This document shows, piece after piece, positions 54,921 to 64,000 of a DNA stretch of 64,000 nt (position 1 is its first letter; each line of letters opens with the position of its first letter). The notes beneath the pieces are model-generated. The model was given only the letters and a program-made list of their open reading frames with translations, did no database searches and was not told where the DNA came from. The position numbers and the translations under genes were made by a program. The stretch is taken from NCBI GenBank assembly GCA_002724245.1, contig PBOG01000271.1, positions 17,638 through 81,637 on the forward strand, given 5' to 3'. The stretch is from Planctomycetaceae bacterium. GTDB taxonomy: Bacteria; Planctomycetota; Planctomycetia; Pirellulales; Pirellulaceae.

Positions 54921-57005
54921 TTAGTGCTGCGCGACGTAAACACGGCTTGAACGATAACTCAACGAGTGTCGCTGCTGGAAATCCAAGGACGGTCCGTCTG
55001 CCTCGGGAAAAATATCTCCTGGTGACTTTGCGGCGGTGTCAACAAACATCTTCCAGCGAAAGGAGCGCGCTATCGCTGGTAATACAAAATCCTGAGGATC
55101 GCTGGTTGAATTGAGCAAGAACAGCAGATCACAAGCGTTGACTGTTGATTGCTCGTCTACAGCAGGTCGCGTCAACAAGCAAATCAATGCCGATGGCCCG
55201 GCCCAGTCAACGGGTCCTCCATCAGGAGCGTACCAGCTCACATCCGGCAACCCGCCCGGTTGCGCAACACGTCCCGTCAAGAAATTCTGACGACGCACCG
55301 TCGGTTGTCGTCGTCGAAAGTGGATCAACTTCTGACAAAACCTCCATAAATCGGCATGCCGATCCACCAAATTCCAATCGAACCAGGAAATTACATTGTC
55401 CTGGCAATACGCGTTGTTATTGCCCCTTTGTGTGCGCCGACATTCGTCTCCTGAAAGTAACATGGGAACACCCTGGCTGAGCAGTAACGTCGTCATCATG
55501 TTTCGTATTTGGCGTGCCCGCAGTGATTCGATTGCCTTTTTTCGCGTTGGGCCTTCGGCACCATAGCCGTCACTGAGATTGTGATTTTCTCCATCGCAAT
55601 TGTCTTCTCCATTTTCCGCATTCTGTTTTTCGCGGTAGGAGACCAGATCATTCAACGTAAATCCATCGTGTGATGTGATGAAGTTGATACTGCAATGCGG
55701 CGCGCGACCCGCCCGTTCATAAAGATCACTCGACCCCGCCAGACGCGTCGCAAACGCACCCAGCGTGTCGACGTCGCCTCGCCAAAAACTTCGCACTTCA
55801 TCGCGGTAGCGCCCATTCCACTCTGCCCAGCGTTCATCGACACCAAAAGACCCTACCTGGTAAGCACCTGCAGCATCCCAGGCCTCCGCGATTATTTTGG
55901 TATCCGCCAACAACGGGTCTTCTGCAATCGCGTTGACAACCGGTGCGTTCGGTACCAACTCGCCGTTCTGATTGCGGCTGAGAATCGATGCCAGGTCAAA
56001 ACGAAACCCATCGACGTGATAATTATGTACCCAGTGACGGAGACAATTGAAAATCATCTCACGGACGATAGGATGATTTCCATTGACTGTATTTCCACAT
56101 CCGGAGTAATTGCGGTAACGACTTCGATCCGTGTCGAGCATGTAATAAACACGGTTCTCCAGACCCTTGAAACTCAATACGGGTCCGCGTTCATTGCCCT
56201 CGCAAGTATGGTTGAATACGACGTCGAGAATGACCTCGATTCCGGCCTGATGTAACGCCTTGACAAGTTGTTTGAATTCGCGGACCTGGGCACCCGGTTC
56301 ATCGCTGGCCGCGTAACCACGGTGTGGTGAAAAAAATGCCAGCGGATCATAACCCCAGTAGTTGGGACGTTCCGTTTCATGACCCGAGACATGCCCAATA
56401 GGAAACTCGTGGATCGGCATCAGTTCCACCGCCGTCACACCAAGTGACTGGAGGTAAGGAATTTTCTCGATCAATCCGAGGTAAGTCCCTGGGTGCTTCA
56501 CACCGCTGGAAGGGCTCTTGGTAAAACCTCGGACATGCATCTCATAAATTACGGTTTCGGAAAGTTCCCGCCGCAGGTGACGATCTCCCTCCCAATCAAA
56601 GTAGTCTTCCACGACGACACATTTCGGTGGACGAATCACACCGTCAGATCCAGGCTGGAACCGGCCAGCCAACGCCTTGGCATAGGGATCAATCAAACGC
56701 GCCTGTCCATCAAACCGCTGTCCATTCTCAGGGTCATAAGGACCATCCGCCTGAAAATGATAAAGCTGGCCCGCTTGAACGCCCGGTACGAACACGCTCC
56801 AAATGTCACCCCAACGATCTGTTTGCGGATCCAGATGCAGCACATCGACCGGTTCCGTGTCATCGACGGTCCTATAAAGTAACAACCGCAACGCGGTTGC
56901 CGACCGACTAAACACGACAAATTGCACCCCGTGATCGTGAATCACAGCTCCGTAGGGAAGCGCGTGTGTAAACTGCAGCTCAGGATGCGTGTAACGCATG
57001 AGCAT
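54921..57005 (-). CDS. glgX: Glycogen debranching enzyme (GH13)
   Basis: 694-aa ORF with YWGYDP, DGFRFDLAS, EAWD and FITSHDGFTLND motifs. Confidence 0.9.
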   Translation of the reverse strand: MLMRYTHPELQFTHALPYGAVIHDHGVQFVVFSRSATALRLLLYRTVDDTEPVDVLHLDPQTDRWGDIWSVFVPGVQAGQLYHFQADGPYDPENGQRFDGQARLIDPYAKALAGRFQPGSDGVIRPPKCVVVEDYFDWEGDRHLRRELSETVIYEMHVRGFTKSPSSGVKHPGTYLGLIEKIPYLQSLGVTAVELMPIHEFPIGHVSGHETERPNYWGYDPLAFFSPHRGYAASDEPGAQVREFKQLVKALHQAGIEVILDVVFNHTCEGNERGPVLSFKGLENRVYYMLDTDRSRYRNYSGCGNTVNGNHPIVREMIFNCLRHWVHNYHVDGFRFDLASILSRNQNGELVPNAPVVNAIAEDPLLADTKIIAEAWDAAGAYQVGSFGVDERWAEWNGRYRDEVRSFWRGDVDTLGAFATRLAGSSDLYERAGRAPHCSINFITSHDGFTLNDLVSYREKQNAENGEDNCDGENHNLSDGYGAEGPTRKKAIESLRARQIRNMMTTLLLSQGVPMLLSGDECRRTQRGNNNAYCQDNVISWFDWNLVDRHADLWRFCQKLIHFRRRQPTVRRQNFLTGRVAQPGGLPDVSWYAPDGGPVDWAGPSALICLLTRPAVDEQSTVNACDLLFLLNSTSDPQDFVLPAIARSFRWKMFVDTAAKSPGDIFPEADGPSLDFQQRHSLSYRSSRVYVAQH

Positions 57006-57375
57006 GAGCGGACCTCAGGCAATACATGGAGTCGATAACAGGGCCTCAAACGCAACGCACCAATACTCCATCGACCAGTGCACCCGATCGAATGTGGGTT
57101 CTCGTCCAGGAAGTTAGAGATTCTCTGCTCCTAACGCTATCGTCTGCGGAAATAGTCAAGCTGCGCACCGTAGCGGACCTGCGGATCGCAGTATCTGATG
57201 CGCCATTGAAAGAAATCGGCAAAGGCTCCCACCAGCACCGGCATTGCTAGCACTACCAGGTCAGGTACCGGCAATCCGGTGGCGCGACAAGGGCGCACGA
57301 CGGCCGCTCACTACCGCGGGTCGCGCCCGTCAGAGACGCCGCCACTTCAGACGCCAGCGTCTGCACCACCAATCT

Positions 57376-57606
57376 TCAGGGCCAATCTTCACCGCCCGGA
57401 TGAAACGGATGGCAACGGCAGATGCGCAAGGCACCCCGCCAGCTGCCACGAATCGCACCGAATTTACGTACGGCCAGAATAAAATAGCTGCTGCAGGATG
57501 GATTAAAGCGACACATCCGCGGCAAGAGTGGGCTGATAAACCGCTGATAGCCGCGCACCGCCAGTACTAACAGCACACTGGGAACAGAGATAACGATTCT
57601 CACCAT
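57376..57606 (-). CDS. yidD: Membrane protein insertion efficiency factor YidD
   Basis: [31 protein letters not shown]...CHPFHPGG is the YidD signature. The ORF runs to 57633, but ATG 57606 avoids overlap with rnpA. Confidence 0.85.
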   Translation of the reverse strand: MVRIVISVPSVLLVLAVRGYQRFISPLLPRMCRFNPSCSSYFILAVRKFGAIRGSWRGALRICRCHPFHPGGEDWP

Positions 57607-57611
57607 CGCAT

Positions 57612-58004
57612 TCACTTGTTTTTCCGCTCCCACTTTCGGGCAACTTGCCGCGCCAACTTTGGCAACGATCTGCGGATTGCCAACAAACCTGGCTCGGCTC
57701 CCCGCCGAGGTCGCACCACTAAATCATACCCCACCGGCAATTCCAAGCGTCTCGTGCGGAAAGCTTCTCGGATCAGTCGCTTCCAATAGTTGCGCACCGG
57801 GGCGGGCCCCACTTTTCGAGAAACCGACAAACCCAGCCTGGGATAAGAACGATGATTCATCGATCCAAGAACGACCAGCATAGAATCAGCAGCAAAAACG
57901 TTGTGCCGATACACGCGGGCAAAATCCTTACCTCTGGTAACCCTCAAGCAACGTGGAAATCGCTCAGCATCCACGGCCACAAACGACAAATCATCCTGAG
58001 TCAT
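57612..58004 (-). CDS. rnpA: Ribonuclease P protein component
   Basis: 130-aa ORF with [27 protein letters not shown], the RnpA RNR-motif region. It lies directly upstream of yidD. Confidence 0.85.
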   Translation of the reverse strand: MTQDDLSFVAVDAERFPRCLRVTRGKDFARVYRHNVFAADSMLVVLGSMNHRSYPRLGLSVSRKVGPAPVRNYWKRLIREAFRTRRLELPVGYDLVVRPRRGAEPGLLAIRRSLPKLARQVARKWERKNK

Positions 58005-58086
58005 TAGACCCTGCTCTCGTAAGCCACGCGTCTCGGACCAACTCTCAACCGAGTGACACCGTCGCAGGAACGATGTTCGACACGAT

Positions 58087-59025
58087 TCACCAGCCCAGCT
58101 CGCAGCGGGGATCCATTTGATTCTGACTTGTAAACTGACGTATTAGCTCAGCACTCGATTCATCTACCTCCTCAGGTACCACGATGCGCAACACCGCAAA
58201 TAAATCACCACGTTGTTCTTCCGGACCGGACACTCCATGTCCTTTAATGCGGAGGCGTTTACCACTTGAAGTTCCCGCCGGCACGGTCAAGGCAATCGCT
58301 CCCCAAGGAGTTGGTACATCGATCTTGGCGCCCAATACGGCTTCAGCCAGCGTCAACGGCACCTCGACTTCAAGATTGTCACCGTGTCGGCGAAAACAGG
58401 GATGCGCCGTCACTCGAACCGTGATCAACAAGTCACCTGGCCGACCTCCCGGTGGTGCAGGCTCGCCCTGGCCGCGCAGGCGAATCTTTCTTTGATCTTC
58501 AATGCCAGCAGGGATCTTGGCTGACAAATTCTCGACCTGGCCCCCAGCACGTTGGATACTCAGACGCACTTCGCCTCCCAGAATAGCCGTCTTGAAAGGA
58601 ACTTGCACTTCGTGATGCAAGTCGGCCCCTTCGCGTGGCCTGGCAGGTTGTCTGCGACGAGGTCCTCCCGTCGAATTCATTTGCTCAAAGAGATCCGCAA
58701 AACCATTAAAGCCACCTGCCCCGGCACTGCCCTGTTGCCCAAAGAACTGGTCAAACTCGAAACCTGAAAACCCACCGGGATGGCCCTGACGACCAGAACC
58801 GGCAGGCCCCATCGACTTGCCAAAGCGGTCGTACATCGCCCGCTTCTCAGGGTCGTTCAAGATCTCGTAGGCCTGCTGGACCTCCTGAAACTTCTCCTTG
58901 GCCGTCTGGTCATCTTGGTTCAAATCAGGGTGATATTTACGTGCCAGTTTACGGTAGGCGCGTTCGATTTCGCCCTGGGGAACATCACGTTGTATGCCTA
59001 GGGTCTGATAGTAGTCGTTCGCCAT
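58087..59025 (-). CDS. DnaJ-class co-chaperone without a zinc-finger region (CbpA-like)
   Basis: The ORF runs to 59076, but ATG 59025 gives MANDYYQTLGI. It has a J-domain with KYHPDLN, a G/F-rich linker and two C-terminal beta domains. No CxxCxGxG repeats are present. Confidence 0.85.
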   Translation of the reverse strand: MANDYYQTLGIQRDVPQGEIERAYRKLARKYHPDLNQDDQTAKEKFQEVQQAYEILNDPEKRAMYDRFGKSMGPAGSGRQGHPGGFSGFEFDQFFGQQGSAGAGGFNGFADLFEQMNSTGGPRRRQPARPREGADLHHEVQVPFKTAILGGEVRLSIQRAGGQVENLSAKIPAGIEDQRKIRLRGQGEPAPPGGRPGDLLITVRVTAHPCFRRHGDNLEVEVPLTLAEAVLGAKIDVPTPWGAIALTVPAGTSSGKRLRIKGHGVSGPEEQRGDLFAVLRIVVPEEVDESSAELIRQFTSQNQMDPRCELGW

Positions 59026-59236
59026 CTTCCGAGCACCACGGGTATCCAAATGTGAATTGCACTCCACAACTCTCATTGTACGAAGTGTTTGTAGTAGCGT
59101 TCAACCGCTCCCGATCCTCCACCAAGACGAAGAACCAAGAAACTGCGTTTTCTGGATAACAGTGTTCCGTGTAGGATCTCGACTCCTGACCGCTAACGGT
59201 AGCCGAAACCCCGCGCCCTCCGGAGTGAATATCAAC

Positions 59237-60817
59237 ATGACGTCACAGCCCCCCAGCTGCACACGCTTTGCTCCAACATGGTGGAGTGTGTTCTCCTGGG
59301 CGGTGTTCTGGGCGGTGTGTCCAAACACCACCAGAACGTTACAGGCTGCTCGCGAAGGCCGTGTTACCCTACGCGCGGTCGAGCAACCCAGCGGGCAAGT
59401 CATCCCGGTACGCATGCATTTGCGTGACCGCCGCGGGCGCCCGGTCCGGCCACCGCGCGTTCCATTCTGGCACGATCATTTCGTTTTCAATGGCGAATTG
59501 ACATTAGAGCTCAAGCCGGGGCGATACCAGTTTGAAATGGAACGTGGCCCCGAATACAGAACGCTCCGCGGTGAATTCACGATCAGTCGAAATTCTGGAG
59601 ACACGCACGACTTGGAGATGCGACGTTTCGTGGACATGAAAAAAGAGGGGTGGTGGTCAGGAGATCTTCACGTGCAACGCAATCTCAAGGATGTCGAGCT
59701 GCTAATGCGGGCCGAAGATCTGCACATAGCACCTGTGATCAGCTGGTGGAATGAAAACAACCTGTGGAAAGATCGTGACGTACCGGACCCGCCACTGGTA
59801 CGATTTGATAACCATCGGTATTTCCGGCCCCTGGCAGGAAAAGACGCGCGCCAAGCAGGCACTCTCCTGTTCTTTAACCTCTCGCAACCACTGGAACTTC
59901 CCGGTTCGAGAGCTCGTTTTCCGGAATTCCCCACGCCTCTGACCTACTTGCAGTCAGCCCGGAATTTCCCGCATGCGCACGTCGATATCGAAAAACCGTT
60001 CTGGTGGGATGTACCATTGTGGATCACGACTGGCCGCGTCGATAGCATCGGCTTGTTAAACAATCACATGGGCCGCCGTACGCAAATACCAAACGAAGCC
60101 TGGGGGAAACCTCGCGACAAGCTGCTCTACCCGAACCCGCACGGTAACGGCCGCTGGAGCCAGCACATCTACTATCAGATCCTCAATTGTGGCCTCCGGA
60201 TTCCACCTTCAGCGGGAAGTGCATCTGGCGTCTCACCAAACCCCCTGGGATACAACCGTGTCTACGTCTATTGCGGTAAACAACTTACCTGGCGGCGATG
60301 GTGGGATGGCTTGAGGGCGGGGCGCGTTATTGTCACCAATGGCCCCTTGTTAAGACCCCGCGTGAACGGACAGCTTCCCGGACATATCTTTCAAGCCACC
60401 GCAGGCGAAACCGTGCGGTTGCAGACAAGTTTAAAACTCTCATTGCGCGACAAAGTCGACTATCTTGAAGTTGTCAAAAATGGAAAAGTAGAACACGAAG
60501 TACGATTGGATCAGTATGCTCGCTCCGGCGGGCGCCTGCCAGAATTGGAATTCCACGAAAGTGGTTGGATGCTGATTCGAGCTGTCAGTAACTACGGACC
60601 ATCTTACCGTCTGGGAAGTTCTGGACCCTACTATGTGGAAATTGGAAAACGGCCCCGGATCAGCCGCCAGGCAGCACAGTTCTTTCTCGATTGGGTCCAA
60701 CAGCGCATCGCAAATCTCGAGTCGAAGGAACTCGAAAATGCCGCAGCGATACTATCGCATCAGCAACAAGCTGAACGCTTCTGGCAGACGTTTGTCGACC
60801 AGGCAACAGCGCCATAG
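59237..60817 (+). CDS. Secreted hypothetical protein; N-terminal beta-sandwich-like segment plus a PHP/CehA-McbA-like metallohydrolase-like body (tentative)
   Basis: The ORF starts at 59057, but ATG 59237 precedes a hydrophobic leader (WWSVFSWAVFWAV). Its body shows motifs I recall from planctomycete CehA/McbA-like proteins (GDLHV..., LNNH, NCGLRIPPSAGSASGV, GYNRVYV, VTNGP). The assignment is from memory only. Confidence 0.55.
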   Translation: MTSQPPSCTRFAPTWWSVFSWAVFWAVCPNTTRTLQAAREGRVTLRAVEQPSGQVIPVRMHLRDRRGRPVRPPRVPFWHDHFVFNGELTLELKPGRYQFEMERGPEYRTLRGEFTISRNSGDTHDLEMRRFVDMKKEGWWSGDLHVQRNLKDVELLMRAEDLHIAPVISWWNENNLWKDRDVPDPPLVRFDNHRYFRPLAGKDARQAGTLLFFNLSQPLELPGSRARFPEFPTPLTYLQSARNFPHAHVDIEKPFWWDVPLWITTGRVDSIGLLNNHMGRRTQIPNEAWGKPRDKLLYPNPHGNGRWSQHIYYQILNCGLRIPPSAGSASGVSPNPLGYNRVYVYCGKQLTWRRWWDGLRAGRVIVTNGPLLRPRVNGQLPGHIFQATAGETVRLQTSLKLSLRDKVDYLEVVKNGKVEHEVRLDQYARSGGRLPELEFHESGWMLIRAVSNYGPSYRLGSSGPYYVEIGKRPRISRQAAQFFLDWVQQRIANLESKELENAAAILSHQQQAERFWQTFVDQATAP

Positions 60818-60862
60818 AAGACCTCTTTTAACTCGATCTGCAACGCCAGGAAGTGACTGCAC

Positions 60863-62233
60863 CTATTCAACGACGGGCGGCTGATTACTATCCCGAAAGT
60901 CCCGGGGAAGCGTAACGAGCATCGCCCAAGCCAACAGCGCGGCTGCGATCGCGGCAGGAACTGCCATACTGGTCAACAAGAATCCAAGTGAATTCGAAGA
61001 GCGGTTGACCAGGACTGTTTCGTTGATCCAGCCGATAACCGGATCAAACCACGAGTGAACAAGAACCCCCGATCCCAAGTTCAAAAACCCGACGGCAGTA
61101 GCCCGAGTGGCCGGATCAACGACTTCAAATGTCGCGGTCCAAGTATTCGACTGATAGAGCCCAACACCCACGCCGACCGCCAGCATCGACCCCGCCAGCA
61201 GGAAAACCGTCTGGCTGGTGCCAACCACCAGGATCGCTGGCGTCACTACCAACCAACCAACCAGCTGTACGAAGACGCGACCACGGTAAGTACGCGCCGA
61301 ACACCAATCGGCCAGCCAGCCTCCCACAAACAGGCCGATAATCGTACCACTCTGAATCCAAAACGTGGCAAACACTCCGGCATCTTCCAGGTTCCAATCG
61401 TAGGTGGTATGGAACACTCGATAGAAATGTCTGGGCAACCAGAACTGAATCATACTGACAACCATTCCTGCCAATGCAAACGTCAATGCAAACAAGCGAA
61501 AGGACGGGACCGCCAGTACACAGATCGCCGAACGCCAAACCCCCATCGCATTGGGTTCCGCCTGGGCCTCCGCGGAGTGCCCCGTACGATCTGGTTCACT
61601 CAGCAAGAACAACAGGAACAGCCAAACCACCAGGCCAGCAAAGCCAAACACAAAATGCGCCATGCGCCATCCGTCCACGTCGATGACAGATCTGCCAACC
61701 GGTACATGCCAAACCGCGGTGTCTGCCAATCGCCCTCCATATTTCCCGGCCACTACCAGTGCGCAGTTGTAGCTGAACAAGTAGATACCGAATGCCCGCG
61801 AACGGTTACGCGCCGTAAAGCAATCGGCAATGATACTGGCCATCGCAGGGACCGCGCACGATTGCCCGAGGCCCAACACAACACGCCCCAGCACCATGTC
61901 TCCAAACCCCCGGGACAAACCCATTGCCGCCAAACAACAACTACTGGCAAGCAGCGACGACAGCACCACGGTACGGCGACGAAACCGGTCGGAAAGATAT
62001 CCAACCCCTAGCTGGGCCAGGCAATAAGGAATCAACCAGGCGGGACGCAACCAGCCGATCTGGGTTTCCGTAAGATCGAGTCCCTCCTGCAGAGGGATCT
62101 GTACATAATTGAGCAGGTTTCGGTGGAGGTAGATCGTGAAATAGTTGAGTGCGACAAGCGTCAGCAAAAACCAGCGATCGGAGCGACCATAGAGTGAGTG
62201 GGAAGCCCCCGGTGCGTTGTGAATGCCGTTCAT
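60863..62233 (-). CDS. MFS transporter
   Basis: The ORF runs to 62308, but ATG 62233 is the likely start. It has twelve hydrophobic segments and a GYLSDRFRRR motif (MFS loop 2-3 signature). Confidence 0.85.
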   Translation of the reverse strand: MNGIHNAPGASHSLYGRSDRWFLLTLVALNYFTIYLHRNLLNYVQIPLQEGLDLTETQIGWLRPAWLIPYCLAQLGVGYLSDRFRRRTVVLSSLLASSCCLAAMGLSRGFGDMVLGRVVLGLGQSCAVPAMASIIADCFTARNRSRAFGIYLFSYNCALVVAGKYGGRLADTAVWHVPVGRSVIDVDGWRMAHFVFGFAGLVVWLFLLFLLSEPDRTGHSAEAQAEPNAMGVWRSAICVLAVPSFRLFALTFALAGMVVSMIQFWLPRHFYRVFHTTYDWNLEDAGVFATFWIQSGTIIGLFVGGWLADWCSARTYRGRVFVQLVGWLVVTPAILVVGTSQTVFLLAGSMLAVGVGVGLYQSNTWTATFEVVDPATRATAVGFLNLGSGVLVHSWFDPVIGWINETVLVNRSSNSLGFLLTSMAVPAAIAAALLAWAMLVTLPRDFRDSNQPPVVE

Positions 62234-62508
62234 GATCACCTCGAAGCGCTCGTGACGATCGACCCACCAGAAGACCTGCAACCAATGACCGCAACGCGGT
62301 CTGCTCACGGAAAGCCACCCAGAGAAAACGGCGTGGCCACATCAGTACGTTGACAGCACAACCATCATCCTGAATCCCTGCCGGCGGTGCAACGCGCAGT
62401 GCACCAGGCTTTCAGCAGCTTCACAGCAATCGACCGATACCAGCGGGCCAACTCGTGACACGTGACTTGTTCGCGAAGCGGGCCGCCGGCCAGACAAGCC
62501 TGCGCATC

Positions 62509-63996
62509 TTAACGCCGAAACAGGTCCGCGGTGGGCTGGTATTGGGGTATTTCATCCAGCGGAAAAATCGGGCGTTCACAGACCACATGTCCCAGCTCGC
62601 GTACGTTGGCACTGGTAGCGCCAGGCGCATCGACATTGACCAGTCGGTCACACCATTCGGCAAACATGTGTGGCTCGCAATGCGGGGATTTCACCACGAC
62701 CAGATCAAAGTGCTGGGGATTCTGGCCGTGAGCCAGGAAAAAAGAACGGTCGTACAGGCTCACCGGTTTGGTCGAAGCGACCACCGTCAGTGCACCCGAT
62801 TCCAAGACCGCCGTCGGTCCGGAATTCCAAGGCTGTCGAAATGACTCACTCAAGAAATGGCCATCCGACAACAAACGCACAACGCATTCGCGTTCTAACG
62901 GAGGAAACCGCGCAGGGTCCAGAGCACCGCCAAGCGTCGTGCGAATGGTACCTCCGATCCCTGCTTCCAAAGCGCGTTCTACGGCTGGAGGATCGACCAG
63001 CGGCAACAGGGCAGGACGGTGATAATTCGATGCAACTAATTCCCGCAGTATTGCGTTACTATCTCCCGAGGCGCCCGAACTGGTCGCATCTGCGGCATCC
63101 ATAAGCACCGTCGTTCCTGCGGTTTCGTGGGCCAGACGGATACTATCCGGGAGACTCGTCAAGGGAACCTGCATGTGCTCGTGATGTTGCCAGAACAACT
63201 CGGCCAGTGCGACCGCTTGCTGACGAGCCGCTTCTTCGTCACCATCGGTGACCACCACACTGTTGGACCGCAGCTCGGGAACATCTGTAAAAGGGTTGCC
63301 GATGAGCATGCCGGCCGAGAGACCCCAGGGCTGTGCTTCGATCTGCTGGGCCTGCCGAATGCAGCCACCGAAAAGCCCCGTGTCGGTAATTAACTCGTCT
63401 CCACGAACCAAAGCGGGGATCTTCACTCGGGCTGTAACGGGCCGCACTCCGTCTCGTACTATTCGCATTAGCAACCGCCCAGCGCGCTGACCGGTTTCGT
63501 AAAAATCGACATGTGGATACGTGTGATAAATCACCACCGCATCACTGAATCGCAACATGCGGTCGGTCAGGATTCCATGTAAATCGAGCGAGACGACGAT
63601 CGGAACCGTATCACCAAGGATTTCCCGCGCCTGCTGCAACAAGAATCCTTCTGGATCACTTTCTTGTTCCGCAGACATTGCTCCATGCAAGCAAAAATAT
63701 GCCGCATCGACAGATCCGGCCCGAGTCACACTGTCCAAGAACTCTCCGGTTAATTGCTCAAAACTAGCGTGATCCAAGGTTCCCCCTGAAGTCATCGCGC
63801 GGGCTCCAAAAGCCGGAACGAGTTCGACATCCTCCGCATCGAACACCGCCAGGGCCCCACCCACTTCATCGCGTACAGTGCGGTGGTAATCCAGGTGCTG
63901 CTGACCGCGGTAGGTCACAAAATCGTCATAATGACTGGCCGCTGGATTGAACGAAGAAACTTCCTGCTTACACTCAGTGATCAGAATTCGCGTCAC
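62509..63996 (-). CDS. M81-family metallopeptidase (MlrC-like, DUF1485 N-terminal domain)
   Basis: 495-aa ORF with the characteristic MTRILITECKQEVSSFNP start and a conserved HG...D...H pattern in the N-terminal half. Confidence 0.8.
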   Translation of the reverse strand: MTRILITECKQEVSSFNPAASHYDDFVTYRGQQHLDYHRTVRDEVGGALAVFDAEDVELVPAFGARAMTSGGTLDHASFEQLTGEFLDSVTRAGSVDAAYFCLHGAMSAEQESDPEGFLLQQAREILGDTVPIVVSLDLHGILTDRMLRFSDAVVIYHTYPHVDFYETGQRAGRLLMRIVRDGVRPVTARVKIPALVRGDELITDTGLFGGCIRQAQQIEAQPWGLSAGMLIGNPFTDVPELRSNSVVVTDGDEEAARQQAVALAELFWQHHEHMQVPLTSLPDSIRLAHETAGTTVLMDAADATSSGASGDSNAILRELVASNYHRPALLPLVDPPAVERALEAGIGGTIRTTLGGALDPARFPPLERECVVRLLSDGHFLSESFRQPWNSGPTAVLESGALTVVASTKPVSLYDRSFFLAHGQNPQHFDLVVVKSPHCEPHMFAEWCDRLVNVDAPGATSANVRELGHVVCERPIFPLDEIPQYQPTADLFRR

Positions 63997-64000
63997 GTTG

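Noticed and set aside
57350-57366. Palindrome cagacgc-ca-gcgtctg just downstream of the yidD stop
   Set aside because: The loop is too short for the full stem, and there is no following U-tract on the minus strand. It is not a convincing terminator.
58005-58086. Looked for rpmH (L34) upstream of rnpA
   Set aside because: Only 82 nt separate rnpA from the DnaJ-like gene. An L34 gene needs ~135 nt, and no Lys/Arg-rich frame is present.
61055-62011. 318-aa plus-strand ORF
   Set aside because: It lies antisense to the MFS transporter. It is rich in Arg/Pro/Gln/His with no hydrophobic core, which indicates a shadow ORF.
1-64000. Screen for CRISPR arrays, rRNA, tRNA (GTTCGAATC-type T-loops), IS/transposase or integrase genes, prophage or known defence-system genes
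   Set aside because: I found no regularly spaced direct repeats, no rRNA or tRNA signatures, and no transposase, integrase or recognisable defence-system (restriction-modification, Cas) motifs. The window looks like core chromosome rather than a mobile island.

Overview
The window looks like chromosomal DNA from a Planctomycetota (Planctomycetia-type) genome. This is inferred from gene content: four DUF1501 sulfatase-like genes, one giant PSCyt/DUF1549/DUF1553 protein, a formylglycine-type sulfatase, many Tat-like RRxF leaders, long intergenic spacers, and abundant antisense 'shadow' ORFs typical of moderately GC-rich DNA. I did not compute GC content. I call 46 protein-coding genes, one of them truncated at the left edge and one a speculative 43-aa ORF. 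I also call one canonical intrinsic terminator and one long homopolymer tract. I saw no rRNA, tRNA, CRISPR array, transposase or integrase.

Most genes are housekeeping or scavenging functions:
- Core functions: glucokinase, RNase D, AroH chorismate mutase, rnpA-yidD and GlgX.
- Transport and metabolism: a sugar ABC transporter, GGT, and a fuconate-dehydratase-like enzyme with an SSS symporter.
- Degradative enzymes: M1, M24 and M81 peptidases and a sulfatase.

The stand-out locus is 13.3-19.5 kb. An AAA+ ATPase gene is translationally coupled to a 1160-aa protein. That protein fuses a complete Hanks Ser/Thr kinase to a tubulin/FtsZ-like (Tubulin_2-type GGTxSG) domain and a long helical tail. 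An FHA-EAL (phosphothreonine reader plus c-di-GMP phosphodiesterase) gene is transcribed divergently from the pair. I propose these three genes as a candidate uncharacterised module linking phospho-signalling, a cytoskeletal-type assembly and c-di-GMP turnover. The kinase gene also carries an 11-nt G/C homopolymer inside its coding sequence.

Secondary curiosities:
- a split Tm-1-like pair (UPF0261 plus PEP-hydrolase-like) flanked by an aldolase and a sulfatase;
- a tandem double cyanophycinase-like protein;
- an ABC permease with a large loop insertion;
- three 'orphan' DUF1501 genes;
- a roughly 1-kb stretch with no convincing gene;
- small unannotated membrane ORFs.

All family assignments rest on motif recognition by eye. 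No searches were run.
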